Below, piece after piece: positions 47,078-52,569 of a stretch of 52,569 nt of DNA. The position numbers were made by a program, and so were the translations under genes. Numbering within the stretch: the first letter of the stretch is position 1; the number at the start of each line of letters is the position of its first letter. The notes beneath the pieces are model-generated. The model worked only from the letters and a program-made list of their open reading frames with translations, was not told the DNA's origin and did no database searches. The stretch spans positions 1 to 52,569 of the IMG/VR virus record IMGVR_UViG_3300005573_000120. The stretch is one strand, 5' to 3'. Origin of the DNA: a virus. Its lineage: Duplodnaviria; Caudoviricetes.

Positions 47078-49051
47078 ATGATAGTATCTAATTCAGTTAG
47101 GTTAAAGGTATTTATAGAGGGTATGGATGTATCTGATTATTGTTCTAATGTTTCTGTGAATTTTAGGTTGAGTGATATTTCTAGTTTAGATATAACGCTT
47201 GAGAACCCAGGGCTTGAATTTTTGATAGAGGAGGATGATTTAAGGATTATTAAGTCTCTTCGTGATGGTAGTAATTTGAATAATGATTTTCCTTTTGGGG
47301 AGGATGTTAGGAAATCTTTTAAGAATTGTTTATTAAAGGATTTGGTTTCAGAGGAGTTAGAGTTTGGGGCAAAGTCTGAGAATGTTAAAAATTATTTGTA
47401 TGAGTATGGTTTATATAGTCCTATTTTTCCTTATTTATCTAATGTTCGTGTTTTTGTGGAGTTTGATGGTAGGTGGTATCATTTATTTTGTGGATTGATA
47501 GAAGCTATGACTGTGGTTATGGGTCTTGATGATACATTTTCATTGAGTATTAGTTGTTTTGATGTTTTGGTATGTTTGAGGAGGGCAGTTTTAAGCACTT
47601 CTTTAGCTGTTTATGAGCCTAATAATTTTAAAAGGTATATAAATGAAATATCTTCTGGTGCCGAGAATAAAGAAGGTGAGAATATTATTAAGAGTCCATT
47701 TAGTAGTAGTTTATTTTATAATGTAGATACTGAATTTTCAATTTATAAATACAATATTCAAAGTAAATCTTTGGTAGATGAGTTAGTTAGTTTGATTTAT
47801 GGGGATGTTAATATAGATGGTTCAGGAGATAGTCGTTATGGAATAGAGGATAAAAGTGTTTTTAGGTATGAGATTATAGATAAGGGTAGTAATAAGTATT
47901 CTGTTATTAGGAATCGTAGGGCTGTTGGTTTATTTGGTCTTGATAAGTTAAAGGTTTGTATTATGAGTGGTGAGCATTCTAATGAGCTTGTTGATGAGTT
48001 TAGAGGGTTAGGGTATAAAGATAATGTAGGGGTGATAAGTAATTATGAAGCTTGGGATAGGTTAGTTTCTGATTTAGAGGTTAAAAAGGATGATTTATAT
48101 GATTTATGTGTTATTGAGGATAGAGAAAAGGTTGATTCTATAATTTCTAATGAATCTTTATCTCAGGATGCTATTGTTCAATTTATAGGATTAAGGACTA
48201 AGATAAATGGTTTATATTCTGCTACTGCTGGTGGGTTGAAGGTTTTATTGCCAAGTTCTTTACCGAAAAGTGTTTATGATGTTTTATTGGTTAATATTCT
48301 TGCTTCAAGGCCAGAGTTAGAGAGGTATTCTTTTGCTAATAGGTTTCAGATTTTAAAGTATATTTTGTCTTATAGGACTGATTTTGTTTTTTATGCTACT
48401 CCTCGTGGGGATATAGTGGTTGAGTATCCACTTTATGATGTTGATTATTTTGGTTGGTATGATGAATTGAGTAAAAGAGATGTAAGGAGTTTTATTAAGG
48501 ATGATATTTTAGGTTCTTTTTCTGATACTGTGGATTTGAGGGGTATAGCGACGGTGGTAAGTTGTAATCCTTATGTAGGCACTGTTGAGATTGGAAGTGA
48601 GGCGGGGAATACTTTTCTTGTGCCTATTCCACCTCTTATGCAGTCTGTTTTTTCTCCTTCTTTGATAGCTAAGTATGGTATTAAGATAATTCAGGCAGAT
48701 TCTACTTATGGATGGGTTCCTGATAATGAGGCAAGTGCGAGGCTTAAGGCGGAGTTGGTGATGAGTATTAATAATCGTAAATTGTATTCTGGTTCTCTTT
48801 CGGTTAATTTTAAGGGTTGTTTTATGTTGAATCGTCCTGTAAAGATAGCTTATTTAGGTAGGGTAGGGTTGGTTCTTGGTTGTAGTTCTTCGTTTAAGCC
48901 TGGTGGTTCTCCTAATTTAAGTTTGAGTTTATCTTATTTGAGGCAGTGGAATGGAGAGGGGTATCGGGTTGCTTTTACGGAGAGATTAGATACTTTGTCT
49001 ATAGATTATTCACAATTTTTTAATACAGCTAAAAAGAAGGCTGGAAAATGA
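47078..49051 (+). CDS. Putative baseplate hub protein
   Basis: KVFIEGMDV, FYATPRGDIVVEYP, AKYGIK; start taken at ATG 47078 (ORF track 47063). Confidence 0.6.
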   Translation: MIVSNSVRLKVFIEGMDVSDYCSNVSVNFRLSDISSLDITLENPGLEFLIEEDDLRIIKSLRDGSNLNNDFPFGEDVRKSFKNCLLKDLVSEELEFGAKSENVKNYLYEYGLYSPIFPYLSNVRVFVEFDGRWYHLFCGLIEAMTVVMGLDDTFSLSISCFDVLVCLRRAVLSTSLAVYEPNNFKRYINEISSGAENKEGENIIKSPFSSSLFYNVDTEFSIYKYNIQSKSLVDELVSLIYGDVNIDGSGDSRYGIEDKSVFRYEIIDKGSNKYSVIRNRRAVGLFGLDKLKVCIMSGEHSNELVDEFRGLGYKDNVGVISNYEAWDRLVSDLEVKKDDLYDLCVIEDREKVDSIISNESLSQDAIVQFIGLRTKINGLYSATAGGLKVLLPSSLPKSVYDVLLVNILASRPELERYSFANRFQILKYILSYRTDFVFYATPRGDIVVEYPLYDVDYFGWYDELSKRDVRSFIKDDILGSFSDTVDLRGIATVVSCNPYVGTVEIGSEAGNTFLVPIPPLMQSVFSPSLIAKYGIKIIQADSTYGWVPDNEASARLKAELVMSINNRKLYSGSLSVNFKGCFMLNRPVKIAYLGRVGLVLGCSSSFKPGGSPNLSLSLSYLRQWNGEGYRVAFTERLDTLSIDYSQFFNTAKKKAGK

Positions 49052-49977
49052 TTTATAATAGGATAATGACTGGTCAGATTATAGGAATAACCCTTAAGGA
49101 GGGTTTGAGATGTTCTTGTTTAGTGAGGTTGGTTGAGAAGCCTGAGGATGTTTCTATTGAGTTAGGTTATCCTTTTGTATCTATTAGTTCTGGTATAAGG
49201 TTTGTTCCTCGTGTTGGGGATAAGGTTTTGGTAGGTTGGTCTCCAAATTTAGTTCCTTATATTATAGGCTTTTTGTTGAGTGATATTGAGGGTAAGTATG
49301 ATAAGGTTGATTTGTTATTTTTGAAAAAGTTGAATCAAGGTGATATAGTGTTGTATTCTGGGTTGGGGGAGACAGAGGTTTTGTTGTCTTCTAATGGTTA
49401 TTTAAATTTAGGTTCTGGGGTTAGTATAATTAGGTTAGATTCTTTGCGGAGGGCGATAGATTTTGTTTCCAGCTTTATAAGGAGTAGGACTTTAAATGGT
49501 GTTGATATGTGTTATGGGAGAGTTGTTAGGGATATAGCTGGTCAAGAGGTTTCTATTCCTGATATGGTTGAGTTTTTTGTAGGGGTTGAGAAGCAGACTG
49601 GTGAGGTGGTTGAGTTAAAGATAGGTGATGTGGTAAATAAGTTAGGAGTGCCTGATGTTAACAAGTTATTTTCTTTGAGTGTTCAGGTTGCTAATGTTCC
49701 TATTTCTGAGGTTTATATTGAGAAGACGGGTGCTATTGATTTATATACTAATACTTTTATCAGGTTGGGTGGTGTTTTAGCTGTTCATCCAGTTATTAAG
49801 GGGGATGTTTTGGTTAATTTATTAAAGAGTATTTTTTCTACGATTGATGATATATTTAGTTGTTTTAAGGTTAAGGATGGTATGGAGGTAGTGCTTGCGA
49901 TGAATAAAATAAAGTTAAATGGTTTGGTTGATAGTTTATCTACTTCGTTATCAAGTTCGGTGATGGTGAAAGACTAA
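49048..49977 (+). CDS. Putative baseplate spike (gpV/gp5-like OB fold)
   Basis: GIRFVPRVGDKVLVGW...PYIIG. Confidence 0.65.
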   Translation: MIYNRIMTGQIIGITLKEGLRCSCLVRLVEKPEDVSIELGYPFVSISSGIRFVPRVGDKVLVGWSPNLVPYIIGFLLSDIEGKYDKVDLLFLKKLNQGDIVLYSGLGETEVLLSSNGYLNLGSGVSIIRLDSLRRAIDFVSSFIRSRTLNGVDMCYGRVVRDIAGQEVSIPDMVEFFVGVEKQTGEVVELKIGDVVNKLGVPDVNKLFSLSVQVANVPISEVYIEKTGAIDLYTNTFIRLGGVLAVHPVIKGDVLVNLLKSIFSTIDDIFSCFKVKDGMEVVLAMNKIKLNGLVDSLSTSLSSSVMVKD

Positions 49978-50462
49978 TGGGAGATGAATTAAAGATAGAT
50001 TTTGATTGTATTTCTGATGTTTTGCTTAAGGAGTTAGGTAAGGAAGGTTTAGGTATGTTGAGGGATTTGTTGGTTATGTTAAAAGAATATATTAGTGTTA
50101 TGTATGATATGTTGGTTGTTGGTGCAGTAAATAGAAATTTAGAGGATTTAGTAATGAAGGTTAAAATAGAGCCTTTTTTGCAGATGTCTAAAAAGGTTAG
50201 TAATTCTTTGAATAATTTTTCTGAATTTTTTAATAATGAGGAGTTAGTTAGGTGTTTAGGGGTATCTGAAGTAGTAGATAAATTAAAGAGGAATTTAAAG
50301 ATTGTAGTTAATACTACTGATGTTTTTCAGGAGGTTGTTAATAGGTATAATTTTATGTCTGTTATAGAGGATTATCAAAAGACTTTATTAGATGAGGGTA
50401 TGAAGTATTTAGATTTGTTAATTGATAAGATAAATTATAAATTAGGGGGCTTGGGAGGATGA
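49977..50462 (+). CDS. Hypothetical baseplate-region protein
   Basis: ORF track, coupled start. Confidence 0.6.
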   Translation: MGDELKIDFDCISDVLLKELGKEGLGMLRDLLVMLKEYISVMYDMLVVGAVNRNLEDLVMKVKIEPFLQMSKKVSNSLNNFSEFFNNEELVRCLGVSEVVDKLKRNLKIVVNTTDVFQEVVNRYNFMSVIEDYQKTLLDEGMKYLDLLIDKINYKLGGLGG

Positions 50463-50836
50463 GTCAGACTTTTTGGGTAGAGAATGGTGATACTAAGTTT
50501 GATGATTTTGGGAGGATTGTTCTTATTTCTGGTAAGGATTTATTGAAACAGCATACGAGAGAGTTGATATATAGTTCATTATCTCGTGATGATATAGTTT
50601 CTATAGATGATAGTTTTTTAGCGGAGGCTTTTTTAAATATTAGATTGGTTAGTCAATTAGAGACCTTAAAAAGGTTATTAGATAATTCTGGTATTTATAG
50701 AGATGAAAGTGAGAGGATTTATGAGATAGCGCTTGTTTTGGTTAAGCGGAGTAAGATTGATAAGAGGATGATAAGGTTTTGGGTGCAGTTGAAATCTTTG
50801 GCTGGGGTTATTGAAGAAGGGGGTGTAATTTTGTGA
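50459..50836 (+). CDS. Putative gp25/gpW-like baseplate wedge protein
   Basis: NGD..FD..G...LISGKDLLKQ, SERI; immediately before baseplate J. Confidence 0.6.
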   Translation: MSQTFWVENGDTKFDDFGRIVLISGKDLLKQHTRELIYSSLSRDDIVSIDDSFLAEAFLNIRLVSQLETLKRLLDNSGIYRDESERIYEIALVLVKRSKIDKRMIRFWVQLKSLAGVIEEGGVIL

Positions 50837-52239
50837 AGACTAAGACTGGTTGGCAAGATTATTTAAAGGGTATTATTTTATCTTTAAATCCAAATTTAGA
50901 TACTGAATATGGTGCTATAAATGATTTGGTTATAAATCCTTTTTCTACGATTTTGTCCGAGGTGGATTCAGAGATAGAGCGATTGAAGGCAATTTTGGAT
51001 TTGGATAATTATTCTTTGATGACTGATAGTGAATTTAATGGTTTATTGAGTAATTATTTATTTAAGCTTTTGAGTGGTGAGAGGGCTCGTGGTTATGTTT
51101 ATTTTCAGGCTTATGATATTATTTCTGATATAACAATCCCTCGTGGATTTCCAGTTGCTACCCAAAATGATTTTGGAAGTCGCTTAGTTTTTTATACGAT
51201 AGAGGAAAAGACTATTCCAGTTGATCAGAAGAGCTTATATTTTAATCCTTCTGAAGGGGTTTATGAGGTTGCGGTTCAGGTAGAATGTTTTTCAGTTGGG
51301 TCTATTGGTAGAGTTCCCTCTGGAGTTATTAGTGTGATGATGAGGAGTTTAACTGGGATAGATAAAGTTATAAATAAAGAGGCTTTTAGTGGTGGTTTGG
51401 ATATTGAGACGAGAGAAGATGCTGTTAGGAGGATAAAGTTATTTTTAAATAGTGTAGGTCGGACTAATTTGAAGAGTGGTTTGCTTTTGAATGCGTTGAG
51501 ATTTGTTGATGATGCTTCTGTTTTTACTTATGAAGATACTGGTTATTCAAGAGGAGATGTTGGTGGGGTAGATTTATTTGTTATAGGAGAGGATATTAGG
51601 ACTGGTAGAGATTATTTTAGGGTAGGTTATTATTATATTGAAGATATTTCTAAAAACATTGTTAAGTATTTTGATAGGTCTCCAGTGAAGGAGATTGTTA
51701 AGGTTCAGTTAGGTTCGGATGATAAGACTAGTTGGTTTTCGGTAAAAAAGGATGTAGGAGTTTATTCTGGTTCTATAAGAGGTAGGGATGCTTTATATAT
51801 TGATGATCCTTCTCATTTGGATGGTTATTTTGGTCAATCTGGTTATGTAGATTATAAGTATAATTATGGTATAAAGTATTTACAAGATAAGTTAGATTCT
51901 GCTGATTATAAATCTTTTGGCGTAGATTTGTTAGTTAGGGAGGCTTCTATTGTTTATGTCTATATTAAATTTACTTTATATGTATTATCTGGGTTTGATA
52001 AACTTTCTGTTTCTGATATTGTGAGGAGTAGGGTTTTGGATTATGTTAATACTTTAAATTTAGGATATAACTTAGAGATGGCTGACTTAATTTATGTAGT
52101 GAGAGGGGTTGCTGGTGTGGATAATGTTGTTTTTAGTGATTTTAGGACTACTTCGGAGAGTTCTGGGACAGTTCACGATATTAAGATAAATAAGAGTCAG
52201 TATATTAGAATTTCAGAGGAGGATTTAGTTATCCTATGA
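50833..52239 (+). CDS. Baseplate J-like wedge protein
   Basis: A.G.V.F, TIPRG..V.T, GGLDIET, GGVDLFV, VAGVDNV. Confidence 0.85.
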   Translation: MKTKTGWQDYLKGIILSLNPNLDTEYGAINDLVINPFSTILSEVDSEIERLKAILDLDNYSLMTDSEFNGLLSNYLFKLLSGERARGYVYFQAYDIISDITIPRGFPVATQNDFGSRLVFYTIEEKTIPVDQKSLYFNPSEGVYEVAVQVECFSVGSIGRVPSGVISVMMRSLTGIDKVINKEAFSGGLDIETREDAVRRIKLFLNSVGRTNLKSGLLLNALRFVDDASVFTYEDTGYSRGDVGGVDLFVIGEDIRTGRDYFRVGYYYIEDISKNIVKYFDRSPVKEIVKVQLGSDDKTSWFSVKKDVGVYSGSIRGRDALYIDDPSHLDGYFGQSGYVDYKYNYGIKYLQDKLDSADYKSFGVDLLVREASIVYVYIKFTLYVLSGFDKLSVSDIVRSRVLDYVNTLNLGYNLEMADLIYVVRGVAGVDNVVFSDFRTTSESSGTVHDIKINKSQYIRISEEDLVIL

Positions 52240-52569
52240 TTGATATTTTTAAAAAAGGAGATGTAATAGTAAGATTAGATTATAATGATTATGAGTATTT
52301 GTTTGGTGATTTTAAGAAGAATAATTTTTGGTTAAGTGCTGATTATATTTTTCCGTTAAAGTTTGGGCTTGTTAATTTTAGTTTTGTTGGAAAGTCTGGC
52401 GTTTTTTATAGGGTTAGCTTTGGTGATTTTTCGGATGAGTTCTATGGTAGTAAAGATTTTAGTGTTAGTAGTGATGTTTTAGAGGGTATGGTTGAGATGG
52501 TTATAGAAGAGGAAAATAAGTTTTTTGGTAGGGTGTCTTTGGCTTTTGTAAATTATGGTATTTTTATTT
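52236..52569 (+). CDS. Partial baseplate-region protein running off the window
   Basis: ATGA overlap with baseplate J, ggagg SD, open to window end. Confidence 0.65.
   Translation, partial: MIDIFKKGDVIVRLDYNDYEYLFGDFKKNNFWLSADYIFPLKFGLVNFSFVGKSGVFYRVSFGDFSDEFYGSKDFSVSSDVLEGMVEMVIEEENKFFGRVSLAFVNYGIFI

Noticed and set aside
1-52569. tRNA or rRNA genes
   Set aside because: No cloverleaf or rRNA-like stretch seen; intergenic gaps are short

Overview
This window is the late (morphogenesis) region of a large, AT-rich, strongly G>C-skewed contractile-tailed bacteriophage. All credible genes are on the + strand. The recognisable backbone is terminase small/large, portal, prohead protease, scaffold-like protein, decoration protein, major capsid, neck/tail completion, sheath, tube, tail chaperones, tape measure and baseplate. 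Interleaved with it are: (i) a catalytically intact tnpB with no tnpA, plus three dispersed copies of its 3' omegaRNA-like region, one apparently stand-alone behind an extended -10 and boxA, and one in front of an IscB-type PLMP-like domain fused to a head-region gene; (ii) a ~9 kb compositionally foreign island with an orphan HicB and six DNA methyltransferases but no restriction enzyme; (iii) at least nine paralogues of a very acidic ~170-aa unknown protein; (iv) two PurD-like ATP-grasp proteins and a WYL fusion; (v) a near-consensus parS, an anti-SD hairpin and a candidate +1 tail-chaperone frameshift. All calls come from motifs read by eye and from synteny; no database search was run.
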